A DNA stretch of 64,000 bases from Octopus vulgaris (lineage: Eukaryota). The translations under genes and the position numbers were made by a program. This document shows positions 13,015 to 27,029 of the stretch, one piece after another. The DNA is taken from positions 129,952,001 through 130,016,000 of the forward strand of contig OX597815.1 of assembly GCA_951406725.2 (NCBI GenBank), read 5' to 3'. Within the stretch, counting starts at the first letter, position 1; each line of letters opens with the position of its first letter. Under the pieces are notes generated by a model, which did not search any database, was not told the origin of the DNA, and was given only the letters and a program-made list of their open reading frames with translations.

Positions 13015-13491
13015 TCTAGTTGTGTGAGTGTCTGTCCCCTTCGATTTAGATTCCTAACTCCTCCCACATTTTGCGGTGCAGTTTAACCAAATTCGGGTAT
13101 CTTATAGTCGTGATTCATATCGAGCCCGTCTGACTATTAGCGCGCGTCAACGATGAGTCTACGATTTTAAAAATAATTTAACATCATTTTTTATTCCATT
13201 TTAATGCATAAAATGCATCGTGTGTCGATGGCGGCGGAGTTGGCGTCCACGCTCACAGCTGCACCTGTTTGCTTCTCTCCCCTCCCTCCCTCGTGAAGCT
13301 GTGGGGAAGGGAGTGTAAAGAAATCAACGTCGTAATGCGTTGTGAAGGAGACCAGCGTTCTTATAGAACAACGACTTCATGGCTTGAAGACACCAAAACA
13401 AAAATGGCTAAGAAAGCCCAAATTGGCATCTAAAAATGCTTATATAGTTATTTCCCTTACAAACCCGAGCAACGCCGGGCGATACTGCTAG
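13000..13491 (+). mobile_element. Non-autonomous Helitron (long variant)
   Basis: Ends CCCGAGCAACGCCGGGCGATACTGCTAG|T. The 5' end merges into (TA)n. Homologous to 13804-14097 with an extra internal block at ~13211-13428. Confidence 0.85.
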
Positions 13492-13803
13492 TATATATAT
13501 AAATAAATATATATATATATATATATGAACATACGCCTGCAAGTACGCAGATGGTTTATTTAAGCAGAATATTTATGTCGCAGCATGCGTCTCGCGCTGC
13601 AACTGTTTTCGGTGAGAACCTATATATTTCAATGTTGGTGTAACACCGCTTTTGTCTGTCGAGTAGTTTTTCTTTTGCATCCGTTGGTTGGCTGGTATTT
13701 TTGTGTTTCGTATTTAGTTGTACTTGTTAGGTTCCTGTTTATTTTCATTGAATATTTTGGCTAGGGAGTTGTTTTATGTGTTTGCATATTCTTTTAACCT
13801 TTA

Positions 13804-14097
13804 CTAGCAGTATCGCCCGGCGTTGCTCGGATTTGTAAGGGAAATAACTATATAAGCATTTTTAGAGAGTTATAGCCAAAAAATAGCAAAAAATGCATTA
13901 AAATTGAAAAAACTGATGGTAAATTTTTTTAAAAATCGTTGACTCATCGTAGACGCGCGCTAATACCCAGAAGGGCTCGATATGAATCCCGACTATAAGA
14001 TACCCGGTTTTGGTTAAACTGCACCGCAAAATGTGGGAGTAGTTAGGAATCTAAATCGTAGGAGACAGACACACAACTTCACTTTTATATATAAAGA
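13804..14097 (-). mobile_element. Non-autonomous Helitron (294-bp short variant)
   Basis: Minus: A|TCTTTATATATAAAAG...CCGAGCAACGCCGGGCGATACTGCTAG|T. Confidence 0.9.
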
Positions 14098-15702
14098 TTT
14101 CTAGTGGTTTATGGGGAAATTTGCTAGTTACTGAATTTATCTGTTTATCTAATTAAGGGCTATATGTTCGTAAAGCACATGTACCGTTCTCTTTAAGCAT
14201 GTTTCCTTTTTCATTAGATGAAGACTTTCATTAAAAGATAAATTTGTTTTTGGGAGAATGTCTCGTATTTCATAGACACTGATAAAAACGATGACATCTA
14301 AATGCATCGAATAGTAAACATCCAAATATAAATAAGCCTATAATACTCCACATACACTCATGCACTTGCGCAGACAGACATAAACAAGCCCTGACAAAGA
14401 ACAATTGACGACAACAACGAACAGAGAAACAAGATTCAAACAATATATGAGACGTTTTGTTACGTCTAATTGGCGCCGCTAATTTAACGCTGACTTGCTT
14501 GACATTTTAATGTTTCTCTCATTCTCTTCGTCTCCCTCTTTCTGTTCCACTGTTTATGTGTGCGAACATCTAGTTATCTTTGTATATATGTGTGATATCG
14601 TTCTCTGTTTCTCTCTGTATTTCTGTGCGCGCGCGCCTCCAGTATCAAAACGTAGTTATCAAAACGGGTTTAATTTTCAGTCACTCTTGCCAAATCGTCA
14701 GTGTTCAAAACTCCTGCCAAATTTGTAACGCAGAACAAAATATTTTCCCCGACGGTAAAAGTTTCAGCAAATATCATTTTCTAATGAAGGAAACACATTG
14801 ATAAAACAATAATCTGCTCCCATTCTTAAGTAATTCAGAATGATTTTAACACACACATTTAGCAAATAACCAAATTAATGAATTGAGCAATTTCCCCTTT
14901 AAGCCCTGTTGGAATAAGCAATGAGACTCCTTCCACTCCCAATAAGGAAAACAACAAAAAACAAAGATATCTCCCAAACACACACTTAAAAAAACCTATT
15001 CAACGGAATTAAACTTTAGGTTACAAAACAAAACATTCACTCAAGAGAACCAAGAGAAGACAGTTAATCAAATAAGAAGCAAGCAAAATCAATTAACAGA
15101 AACAACTCTTCTCCAACCAACGGTTATAAATAAACTCTCACAAAGCGTTGTAACTGTTCTCGCCTGAAGATTGCAGCAGCATAAGTCGGGAGAAACCTGT
15201 TTAGTTTAAATAGACAAAACATTTTAAGTGTAGTAAGTATTCTTTTCCTTATTCGTTCGACATAAATTTTCAAATATAAATATACACATGCAAGATCTCT
15301 TCCCCTCTCCCTATATATACATATATGTATACACACATATATTTATCCATATATTGCAATACGGAGCAAATAATTCAGGAAAAAATATTTGCGAAGATAT
15401 TATTGACCCTATTATCATCTAGTGTAACAATTTAAAAATAATAACGACAGAATCAATAATATAAGCGATTGCAGGCCCCCACTAAAAAAGCATTAAATAG
15501 CTGAAGGATTAGAATTAATCAAAGGACATACTAAGTATGTCTACCTACTAGAAATAACTCTTATTTAAATCGCCAAAATACACTGATAATAACTACAGAA
15601 ATCAACCATCCGAAGGCAAGCGGGTTAATCTCTCAGCATACATTCAAGTATTATGATTCACGTGGACCGGTTTCTGGACTGACATTACAGTTCCACCTTC
15701 CT

Positions 15703-16130
<428 letters not shown>

Positions 16131-17214
16131 GTAACATGCGGAAATGCGCACGCGTACACACACACTCACATACACACACATATTTCCTCACGTCATAAGT
16201 ACGAAGATTCTGACATTTAAAGTTTAAAATTCAATTGTTGATAAAGTATACCATAAAGATAAAGCTAAAGTAAAATATAATATGAAACAGTAAAGCAACT
16301 ATGTAGTTTGGAAAGAATAGAGAAATAAACAATAAAATCATGTACCATCGTATAAGAAAAAGGCGAAAATTTGAAAGGGAAAAATATTGGCGAGGTGAAA
16401 AAAAAAAATGCCAACGAAATTGAAAAAGAAACAGAAAGAAGAGTTGAATACAGAAAACAGACACTGTTGCTATATATCTCTGGAAGCACTACCATTATAA
16501 TGCGTACACGATTTAGATACTGAATAGATAAAAGTTTGAAAACAGCGTAGGGAAGAGAAGGAAAATAAATATTTTAGTATTCAGTTTAAAGAATAGGGAG
16601 GAGTAAAGAAAACACGTACAAATTGAAGGGAAATAAACTCGTACGTTTATATGCAAGCTATCGAAAGAAATAAACCGTAGTAGAAGATGGTGGAGAAAGA
16701 AAAAAATGAAGAAACGAAAAAGAAGACTGAAAATGATAGAAATGTTTGTACTATGGAAATAGTTGCTCAATACTTAAATAATACAACAAAATACTATAGG
16801 AAACAACTTCAAGTTCTTTTTCTCATTTGAATAAAAAAAATTCTTGTTTTCTAAAATGTCTACAATTTTCTGCTGATATTCCTTTGACTACAGTTAGCTT
16901 ACAAAACAAACGTGTTTGATGCAAAGATAGCGAGTTAAGAAGGTAAACTCTTAAATATATCGAGTTCAAGGACTTTCGAAGAATTTCAAAGAAAATTCCA
17001 CCTATGGAAAGTACAATCTATTCAACGTGCGTATTGGATAAAACTAGTGGCGACATTAAGAAAAGAGTTCATTTCTAGAATTTATTAAATTGAATAGAGA
17101 CATCGAAGAAAGACAAGAAGATAGACTTAAGTTGTAGAATCTGCTGAACAATCTACACAAACGATTTGTTTATAGTGATCAAATATTTGTGCTGTACATT
17201 AGCTCGGTCTCTCC

Positions 17215-17397
17215 GTCAAAGGGACATCGCCTGCTCTGATGCATAGTATGCCACATATTAGTTGTCAAAGTAATTGCAACGCGACTTGGAATGAAGTGTT
17301 TTGCTCAAATACACAATGCACTTCCCAGTCCTGGAATCGAAACCAAGATCTTGCGCTCATGGGTGCAACATCCTAAGTTCTAGACCACCCGCCTCTA
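17215..17397 (-). mobile_element. Old tRNA-headed SINE fragment (family C-like head)
   Basis: Minus: GGTGGTCTAGAACTTAGG...GGTTTCGATTCC...TTGAGCAAAACACTT. Resembles the heads at 57852, ~59815 and ~63880. Confidence 0.55.
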
Positions 17398-18124
17398 CTG
17401 TATAATCTAGAATATTTAAAATTTTCAAGATGTCACAGAAAAACCTCATATCCGTCGTGAGATGGAAAACTTCAGAAATTGAGTGCAACAGGGTATCACC
17501 ATTTAAAGCTGCCATTTGGAGGAAATCATTTTCCGATCCAAATGAAATAAATTGTATCCATTCACGTTAACTTTATTACAATATTATTTCAATAACATTT
17601 ACTTCCGTCTCTTTGGGGTTATTTTGCTGCACCTTGTTATTGAACGAAATCGACCATTAGTGTTACAATACATGCCAAGAAGTCAGTTTTTTCTATGTGC
17701 ATATTTATGTTTTTTCGATTTGGGTTAAGTCTCGCAAGTACAAATGGTACATTCGGAAAGTTTCGAAGTGAAAGCAACCTAGCAATGACATTTGCATGAA
17801 AACTATAATCAAGTTAGTGATAATAGATTTCATGCAGTAAGCATAAAAATCTTAACCAAACAAATAGTGCTACTCCGTGTTTGTTGTATTCTTTATGTTT
17901 GTGATATATTTTATAGTTGCTCCCCTATAAATTCTATCGATTATCTACCACTGATATATATATTTTCTAATTTATATCTTATATTTCACTTCGGTAACTC
18001 TTCAATGAGTAAACTAACGATTGATTATAAAGATGTATTTATAGTTGGAAACTGCAGACATCGCCCAACCCCCGCTAACCGAAAGCGTGAAACAAAACAT
18101 TGTAATTCCGCCATTTCGAAATCG

Positions 18125-18520
18125 TTTATCTTTTGTTCTTTACTTGTGCTAGTCATTGGACTGCAGCCATGCTTCTTGAGGAGTTTAGTCGAACAATTCT
18201 CCCCCAGTACTTATCTTTTAAACCCTGATAAGTATTGTCTGTCTCTTATCCGAAATCGCTAATGCACGGTGACATAAACAAACTATAACTGGTTGTGAAG
18301 CGGTGATGGGGACATAAACAAAGTTAATCACACACACGCGTTCACACACACACCCATACACGCCTGAGCTCACAGACGATGGGTTTCCGCACACATCTTA
18401 TCTACCAGATTCTCTCACAAGGCCCAGAGTTGTAGAAGATACCCGAGGTGCCAGGTAATAGGATTGAACCTCAAAATTATGTTAATTTACATAAAGCGAG
18501 CTTCTTAACCACACATTTTA
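18125..18520 (-). mobile_element. Degenerate SINE family A
   Basis: Similar to the reverse complement of 4843-5215 (ACTGCAGCCATGCT, CCCCAGTACTTAT, GCTTCTTAACCACAC). Confidence 0.65.
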
Positions 18521-18549
18521 ATCCAAAATGTTTAAGGGAATACTTCACA

Positions 18550-18750
18550 ACGGCGGTGCCATCTAGCAGAATCATTAGCACGTCTGACAAAATGCTTAGC
18601 AGGATTTCTTTTGGATCTGTACGTTCTGAGTTCAAATTCCACCGAGAACAACGTCCCTTGTCATCCCTCCGGAGCTGATAAAATAATATGCCAGTCAACT
18701 AGTGTGGTCGATATAACCGACCACCCCTCTCTCAAAAATTGCTTGTCTCG
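18550..18750 (+). mobile_element. Degenerate SINE family B
   Basis: CTAGCAGAATCATTAGCACG...GTTCTGAGTTCAAATTCCACCGAG...TCATCC. Confidence 0.7.
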
Positions 18751-21738
18751 ATTCCTGCAACGGATTATTGTCCCGTACAGAGTGAATGTTATGATCTTGT
18801 TCACGTGGACACCGGAGAACCAGCTTCATGAGGCCTAGGGCTCAAAAAATAATAATAATAGAAAAATAAATACTTCAGAAATCATATGAATCTATTCCTC
18901 CAATAATTACAATTATTATAATTTCGACGATAGTGTCTATTTTTATATCGAATCTAAACATCCGAAGTATTGATGATTAAAACTTATATTGGTTGAAATG
19001 AATAAACACAGGATGTTGAAGTGTTTCGTGTTCCAATAATTCATAAACGCAGATATACCATTTAAAAACAAATATTAATTTGTGTTTCTTTTCTATCTTT
19101 GTGTTTATTTTCTCATTAATACCAAATATTATCTTCAACAGCTTATAATAATTACAATGTATATTACAATAAGAGCCGAGTTTTTCTGTGCATCCGTCCG
19201 TCCGTCCGTTCGTCTGTCACATACTATCTTCACATCAAGTTGATTTTTCAAGGATTTTATTTGGAGAATCGAATAAAATAAGTTGGATTTATGCAATCTA
19301 TTAATTGAATCCACATATGCAATGTAAGGGAAATAAGGCTTGTGCTAGCAGTATTACGATTCAATTGGATATCACACAGGAATAGGAAGATCAGTTTTTC
19401 AACATTAGGTGATTTATATTTCGCCTAATGATGTCAATATGAGAAAGGCGAAACGAAAGAGAAAATGGATTTAGCTCACTCAGTCCTGTCCAACTACAAT
19501 GTTTCCCAACTGTAATTTACATAAAGCCCAACCACACGAGTGCCGTTAGTTATCAAGACGCATGTTACTGTGTGTGTGTGTGTGCAATCAGATACTTACC
19601 TATCACTAAGTCGGAGAAATATCTCAATGTCATACAGATTATAGACAAGGCTGTCTATGGATCCAACGTCAGTATTTGCGGAAACATTGAAGATATGAAG
19701 ACGTAAGCGAAATCGTCAAATTCTGAGGTCATAATAAAAATTTTAAATTCTCAAACGAAATATGGCGCAAAAGAGCCTCAAATTCATTATCTTCCTTTAA
19801 TTTTTTGCGTTGAAAAATTAGGATTGAAATGGCGTCGTATAACTCACAGAAAAATTATGATTGAAATGACAATCATATTGCTAGCATAGACATTCATAAA
19901 ACTTTGATGTGGTTTCTCGATCTGCGAGGTATATCAGTCAAGTCTCCTTCGAATCAACCCGAAAGGCACAGTGGTGAAGACAGAACTTTGAGCAGGAATC
20001 TTGTTTACGGAGAAATCATCTAAGTAAATGTAACTATAATACGATGTATTTTACAATGAGTTAGAAAAATATAAAATAAAATATATTAAAAGTAAACGCC
20101 TTTAGTTAAGCAGTATTAAACAATTATTAAGACTTAGGATAATAAGTTTCTTAAACAAAAAGCACCTAATATAACATCAATTTTTCTGAAAATGACAGTA
20201 ATGGTAAAGTTAAGTTTCCAAATCTCTCAAAACCTTTTTAGACTGAATATATTATATATTAAGGTAGAATTTTAAATTGTCAACCAATTTACATTTAGAA
20301 TTTTACCATCTTATTGCCAGTAAAGCGACAGGTATCAAAACATGAAACTATGAATACAAACGCGGTGGAAAGTAGTGTTGTAATTCACAAATGGTTAACA
20401 TACTAGTCTTGACCGGGCATGGTAAAAAGCATTCCGGCTATGACCGCTTTGTCTAATTTTATTAATAATTCATTGTTTTATACAGTTGCATAAATGCTTT
20501 TAGTTCCGGGTCAGTCTTGATTGAATATGCTCGAAGATATTCCAATCGTAATCACCTTGTCAGCATTCGGATATAACACATCTAAGACTACATCTAGTTT
20601 ATCTTTTAAGACGCTGTGTGTGGGCAGTTATGATTTGAGAACCACTAGGCTGCTATTTCTAGTGGACTGAGGTGACTGAGGAGCGCCCCCATTGGTTTAC
20701 GTTTCTACGTGCTTTACAATCTAGTGAAATCCTTTTGTGTCACAGAAAGTACAGACAAATAACAGAAAATGCAAATAACTGAAATATAGATATTTTCCAA
20801 ACGGGTAGTCATAATGTCAGTTGACTAAATGTTGTTTAAATCGGGGCTCGGATATTGATTGACCAAATTTTATTAACCAGATAAGAGGAAAGTAAGACAA
20901 TATAAAAAGAACAAATACAGACATAAGAAGAAATCAGAACACTTCTAAGTAATTTTCTTATGTGTATACAAAATTTCTTATACGTTTTGGCGAACATTCG
21001 GTTGCCAAAAAGAGTGCGTTTCTGTTTGGTGCTTGTGAAATATTTTCCGGTGTAGAAGTTATGTAGAAAAAAATCGTCACATGTGTCATCGACAGAAGTA
21101 TGTTTACCCAAACAAAAGCATTGATAATATTGGCTATCGTTGGTTTGCTCAAATATAAAGTTCCTTTCACAAGTATCTTCCTGCTGCTTAGATAGACAAA
21201 AGAAATTCGCCGCTCTATTAAGTAGTAAATTCTACTTAATGTTTCATTAATTCATCACTACCTAAAAGTAAAATAATGAGGCTGTAGCTATCTTTCATAA
21301 AATTTATTTGATATATTGTTGATAATGAAAGAAAATTGAACTCAAGAGAAGCGATTTTCAAGAGTTCGGTAGAATTCTTATCGCTGCCGAAACGAAGACA
21401 AACCAGCTCTCGACAAAACCCATTACATTAATATGCTAAATATTTAAAGCACTTAAAACATTAAATAAATCTTTCTGGTATAGAGTCTGCTACAGACGAG
21501 AAATTTCAGTTCAGACAATTTACAGCTGCCATGGAACCACAAGCAGCGCACATACACCATAAGTTTTATTTTTCTATCAGTGTTTATTGCATATTTTGTT
21601 GTCGTGAATAATAATTAGTCTTTTTTTTTTGTCATAAATCACTCTCGATCCCCCCTGCGTAGCTCATCAGAAAATATAATCATAGTATATTCTCTGTAAC
21701 AGCAAGAAATAACAGAAAACGTGTGTTAATTAAGCAAT

Positions 21739-22608
21739 TTCTTTTCTTTATGCCTTTAACCCCCCCAACGCGGAGTATAGACCACTTGTAGTTGAATTCC
21801 ATGTCGCATAATTTTTGGCTTCTGTACTTATACTCTGCCATGAATGTTCCCCTTTTTCTAGTTCTTTTTGTGTTGATCTCCGCCACGAGGTCTTAGGCCT
21901 GCCTCTGTTTCTATATCCATCTGGTTTCCATTGTGAAGCACTTTTCGCTACATTTGGTGTGTCTTTTCTAATTGTGCTACTAATCCACTTGCACTTTTTC
22001 TTAAATATTTGCTCCCTAATCGAAACTTGATTTAGTCTTTGCCATAGCTCCATATTGCTTATGTGTTCGGGCCATCTAATTTTAAGTATACTACGCAAGC
22101 ATCTGTTGATGAATGATTGTATTTGCTTATTTGACTTAACTGTTGTTCGCCATGTCTCAGCCCCATGCAATAACACCGCTTTTACGTTAGTGTTAAAAAT
22201 TATTATTTTGTTCTTTATTGAAATTACAGGTGAAAAGCGGTCCTTGCCTTACTTATTCTCGTCTTAATATCTTCGTCGGTGCCGCCTGAAAACGTTATCT
22301 TACTACCTAAATACGTAAACTCGGCTACTTTTTATTTCTACTAGTTATAGATTGGATTATGAAGGAAACTATGATTGAAAGCCAAACAGGCATTGAATGG
22401 ACGGATGCGGAAGCTCCAGAAGATCTGGAATTTGTAGATGATATAGCGCTACTTTCACAAACATATAACCAAATGCAAAATAAAACGTCAAAATTAGAAG
22501 CAATAGCTGCAAAACTAGGATTGGAAGTCAACAGCGACAAATCAAAAATTATGCGCATTAATGAAGAAAACAGCGAACGTATTTAACTAGAAACCAGTGA
22601 ACTAGAGG
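21739..22608 (-). mobile_element. 5'-truncated, 5'-inverted RTE-clade LINE with 11-bp TSD
   Basis: Minus 22323->21748 reads EFTYLGS...GTDEDIKTRISKA...LLHGAETW...RCLRSILKIRWPE...GRPKTSWRR. Plus 22324-22608 reads LFLLVIDWIMK...LEFVDDIALLS...GLEVNSDKSKIM...LEE. TSD AATTAAGCAAT at 21728-21738 and 22609-22619. Confidence 0.9.
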
Positions 22609-22831
22609 AATTAAGCAATGAAATAAAATTTTCATGGAAATAAAAATTTCATGGAAGTTTAAAATAGTATCTATCCACTCCTATTAGCTTAAATTTCTGA
22701 TTGAAAACCAGCTTGGATTTCATCCATCCATTCAATGCCGGAAAATTAGTAGACATATATGGTAGAAGACCAATTTGAGTTGGGACGACATTGAGAGCGG
22801 ATAATTATATCCAAACCGGAGAGAGATAGAG

Positions 22832-22879
<48 letters not shown>

Positions 22880-23068
22880 GTCTGCATGTATGTGTGTGTC
22901 CTACAAAGGAACGGAGCTCTCACCCCATTAGAAAACAGAAGAAAAAAGTTCCTACCACAAGAAAAGGAAGGACGGAAAACAAAAATAAATAAAGAAAAGA
23001 AGAAAAAGGAAAGGGCAAAACAACCAAAACCGAAACCCCAACCCACCAAACAAACAATAGAAAACCCC

Positions 23069-23450
23069 ATGGAGGACCCAATGCCATCCACAACCCTACA
23101 GGAAAGAAGAAATTCGGAAGGCACCCAAGAACTTGCAAATTTTACCTGCAAGGCAAATGTTGGCATGGGGAGGACGGCAAAAACTTCCGGTTTGACCACC
23201 CAACACCCCGCCAGAACTATAGGGGCCTTAAAGAGAAAAACTTCACTGAAGAAAGACAACAAATGTCTCCAAGGAAAACATTCAGAAAAGAAATGTGCTC
23301 CTCAGATGTTCTGTGCAACGCAGCCGCTGAGCAAGAGTCGTTTTTGTGCATGGCGCAAAGGATTGAACAACAGCTGACCTGGCTACACCAAGCACAAACA
23401 AGGAACATTGCCCACCACTATGCAAGACCACCACAGTCAACAGACACAGG
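23069..23450 (+). pseudogene. LINE ORF1 remnant with CCCH-type zinc finger
   Basis: 23134-23202 reads CKFYLQGKCWHGEDGKNFRFDHP. The third Cys position is TTC, one substitution from TGC. Further Cys-rich sequence lies downstream in another frame. Confidence 0.55.
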
Positions 23451-26430
23451 ATGGCCTCCCCTAACGCCTTCACAGTCGTCACCCCAATACTTTTACTAAA
23501 TATTGGGGGTCTGTTGCATCATAATAAAAACAAAATTTCTTTCCTGAGAGATCTTACTGCATGCAATCAAGCCCTATGCATAGCACTCGTGGAAACTCAC
23601 CTCAGCCCTGATATAGTGGATGCAGAAGTACACGTACCAAACTATGCCATACTGCAAATAGACAGAAGGGAAAGGAGCCATGGTGGAGTTGCTGTATACA
23701 TCTGTGATGACATCACACCCCAGGTCTTACTGTCATACTCAAAATCGGTATGTGACACTTTAATTGTATACATAAGGCAACATAATATAGTCATATGCAA
23801 TACATATTGCCTACCGGATGCTCCAAACCACGTGTGTAAGTTTGAAGATTGCCTTACAAAAATGAAAGAAATCCTCATGAATCTGGAACACCACGTGACC
23901 ATATTTCTTATGGGCGATTTCAACTTCCCAACGTCCAATGGCCCGAAGGTCTCATACTCTCAGGAATGACTCATTGCAAGCAAGCACAGGTGGAGTCCCT
24001 GCTCAACCTCATCAATACCCTATTCATGGAGCAAGATGTACTCAGACCAACTAGGGCGAATAACATTCTGGGTCTCTGCTTCACGAACAATATGGACATC
24101 ATTCATGATGTGAAAGTGACACCGACATTAGTCTCGGATCACAACATAATAGAGCTGTCTATGTTTGGGCCGAAAGTAACCAGAGACATACAGCCTAAAG
24201 GAAGCACCCGAAATCTCTCCAATCTGAACTTCCACAAAGCAGACTGGAAATCAATCGGAAAAGAGATCCTCAGTGAGGACTGGCCGAAATGTCTCTCCAC
24301 ACCAGACATTGACATGAAACTAGAATGTTTCATGTCTATTGTGCAAGCCATATGCCAGAAATATGTCCCAGAGCACAAGGCCAAAACAAATAGGTACAAG
24401 AATCCAAGAGAGAGGAAGATCCTCATGAGATGACGGACGAAGGTTGCAAATCGACTCAACCAACATCCCAAAAGTAGCGAAACGTCCCGCCTAAAAACAA
24501 CACTGATGGAGATCGAAAAAAGGCTGCAACAATCCTATGTGAGGGTGAAAGCAGACAAAGAATCGTGGGTTATAAAAAACATTAAGTCAAACCCAAAGGC
24601 CTTCTTTCATTACGCGAAAGAAACGGCCTCAGTACACTGCAAGATAGGACCCCTCCTCCAAAAGGATGGCTCCCTCACAGACAGTCCAACTAAGATCAGT
24701 GAGATACTGAATGACCAGTTCAAAAGTGTCTTTACCATCCCGTTGGAACACAGACAAGTGAACGAACCAGTGGACTTCTTTGCCGCCTTACCTATAACCA
24801 GCGAGGCAGTTACAATGGAATACATTGACATTAGCGAAGAAGATATACTCCTAGCCATAGATGAAGTGGACACAAACTCAACTGCTGGTCCTGAGGGTTT
24901 CCCTGCAATCCTTCTCAAATCGTGTAAGCATGCCCTGGCAAAACCCCTCCAGCTTCTCCTCCAGAGCTTTCTTACAAATGGCAAACTGCCAAGCAAGCTG
25001 AAGGAGGGAATGATATGCCCAATACATAAAGGGGGAAGTAGAACAGAAGCCAAAAATTATAGGCCTATCTCTCTGATTTCACACATCAGCAAAGTCATAG
25101 AACGGATAGTCAGAGGGAAACTAATCGCTTTCCTTGAAGAAAATTACTTGCTGAGTGATACCAGCATGGTTTTCGACCAGGTAGAAGCTGCCTGACCCAG
25201 CTCTTAAAACATTATGACTGGGTGTTGAGACAGTTACCCAACTAATCAAATGTGGACGTAATATACCTTGAATTTGCAAAAGCTTTTGACAAGGTGGATC
25301 ATGGTATGATATGCCACAAACTGCGTGACCTTGGCATAGCTGGAAAACTTGGAGAATGGTTACATGACTTTCTGAAAGATAGGAGTCAGGCAGTAGTGGT
25401 TAATGGAGCCACCTCTACGAACACACAAATAGTGAGCGGTGTTCCACAGGGCACTCTCTTGGAACCACTGCTTTTTATAGTGGATCTCTTAGATATGCCC
25501 TCAAATGCCCGGATAGCCACCCTTGCAAGCTATGCAGATGATACGAAAGTCTCGCAGAAAATACAGAACACCAGCGATGTTGCACACCTGCAGCAGGAAT
25601 TAAACTAAATTTACAGATGGGCTGAGGATAATAATATGCAGTTTAATGCTGAAAAATTCCAAGCTCTGCACTACCATCGTCCAAAACCGAATATAAAACT
25701 TACAGGGTACACCAGTCCACAGAGAATTTCAATCCCAGAGCCTAAGTCAGTGAGGGACGTGAATGGAGATACCTCTTTCCAAGTGCACATTACCAGGATG
25801 GCGACAAAGTGCAGACGACTGGCTGGCTGGATCCTAAGAACATTCAGAACCAGAGATAAAGAAACCATGATTCGTCCTCAGCTACCCGGATTACTACTCA
25901 CAGCTATGGTCACCCACCAGTGTGAAATTAACAGCGGACCTTGAAGCAATCCAGAGCAGATTCACAAAAAAGATCGTCTCTTTGCAACAGCTCAGCTACT
26001 GGGAAAGGTTGAAACAGCTAAGACTCTACTCCCTGGAGAGAATACCGGTGAGGTATACAGTAATATATATCTGGAAGATCCTGGAAGGAACTGTGCCAAA
26101 TGTTGGCTTTGAAAGCTACACCAATGCCAGAACGGGACGACACTGCATAGTGCCAAAGGTCCCAACAATGCCATCACGCTTCAGGACCAGTTACTGCAAC
26201 AGCCTGGGTTTCAAGGGCCCACAGCTTTTTAATATTCTCCCAAAGAGTCTGAGGAACTTGCACAAAGTAGATGTAGGGGTTTTTAAATCAAAGCTGGACC
26301 TTTTTCTGTAGAGAGTCCCAGATGAACCTACCTCACGGCAAGCGGTGCAAATGGGGGTAGCTATATCAAACTCCATTCTTCACCAAGTGCCACATATTGG
26401 AGGAGGCTCTTAGTAACAACAGTGTAGGAA
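23451..26430 (+). pseudogene. LINE ORF2: APE endonuclease + reverse transcriptase, disrupted
   Basis: LLLNIGGL, ALVETHL, DRRERSHGGVAVYI, MGDFNFP, SDHNII (APE). NYRPISLISHISKVIERIV, YLEFAKAFDKVDH, SGVPQGT, YADDTK (RT). LEAIQSRFTK...LSYWERLKQLRLYSLER (CR1-type). Stops at 24431, ~25242, 25606 and several frameshifts. Confidence 0.93.
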
Positions 26431-27029
26431 AACGGCGGTGTATCAGCATGGCCGCAGCTCTGAGCTGAAACTAGAGAGAAAAAGAAATGTTTGAACATAA
26501 TTAAAAATATATAAAAGATAATGCAATGATTTATTGACATATGATTCGTATGTCGTAACATCCTAAAGTCTAAATATTTGTAAATTGTCAATATGTAAAT
26601 TAGAATTGATTACTTATGTATTTAGAACTTCTGCATCCATAAAATATAATGCATTTATGTCAAACTCATGACGTTCATCAGAATGATATGCTGCACTGGC
26701 AATAATTAAGGTCAACGTATTAAGTATTATTCAGCTACTTGTGTTCAGGCGATTCTTTTGACTGTGTCCCAGTGTTAAAAAGGATAATTGATGACATGTT
26801 AATTTATCCACAGAGCACAGAACAAAATATTCGGTGGGTCTGAGTTACGTCAATTAACCTCAGCGATCAATCCCCGCCATTGTCAGTTTTCCCTATCATT
26901 CTTCCTAGGTTGATAAAATAAATACTTGTTAAATTATGGGATAGTATTAACGAAGTATATGCTGTCTATAAAAAGTCGTGATTATGTATTTAAATTAGAA
27001 ATCATAACAGCTGCTAATACAAAGGTGTC

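Larger units (their letters stand above)
22897..26485 (+). mobile_element. Near full-length decayed CR1-clade LINE
   Basis: ORF1 remnant, APE endonuclease, RT and CR1-type C-terminus in order, followed by a short 3' UTR with stem-loop. 5' boundary approximate. Confidence 0.9.

Noticed and set aside
19160-19350. Helentron/DINE-like start with (CCGT)n
   Set aside because: No subterminal inverted repeat or 3' hairpin identified.
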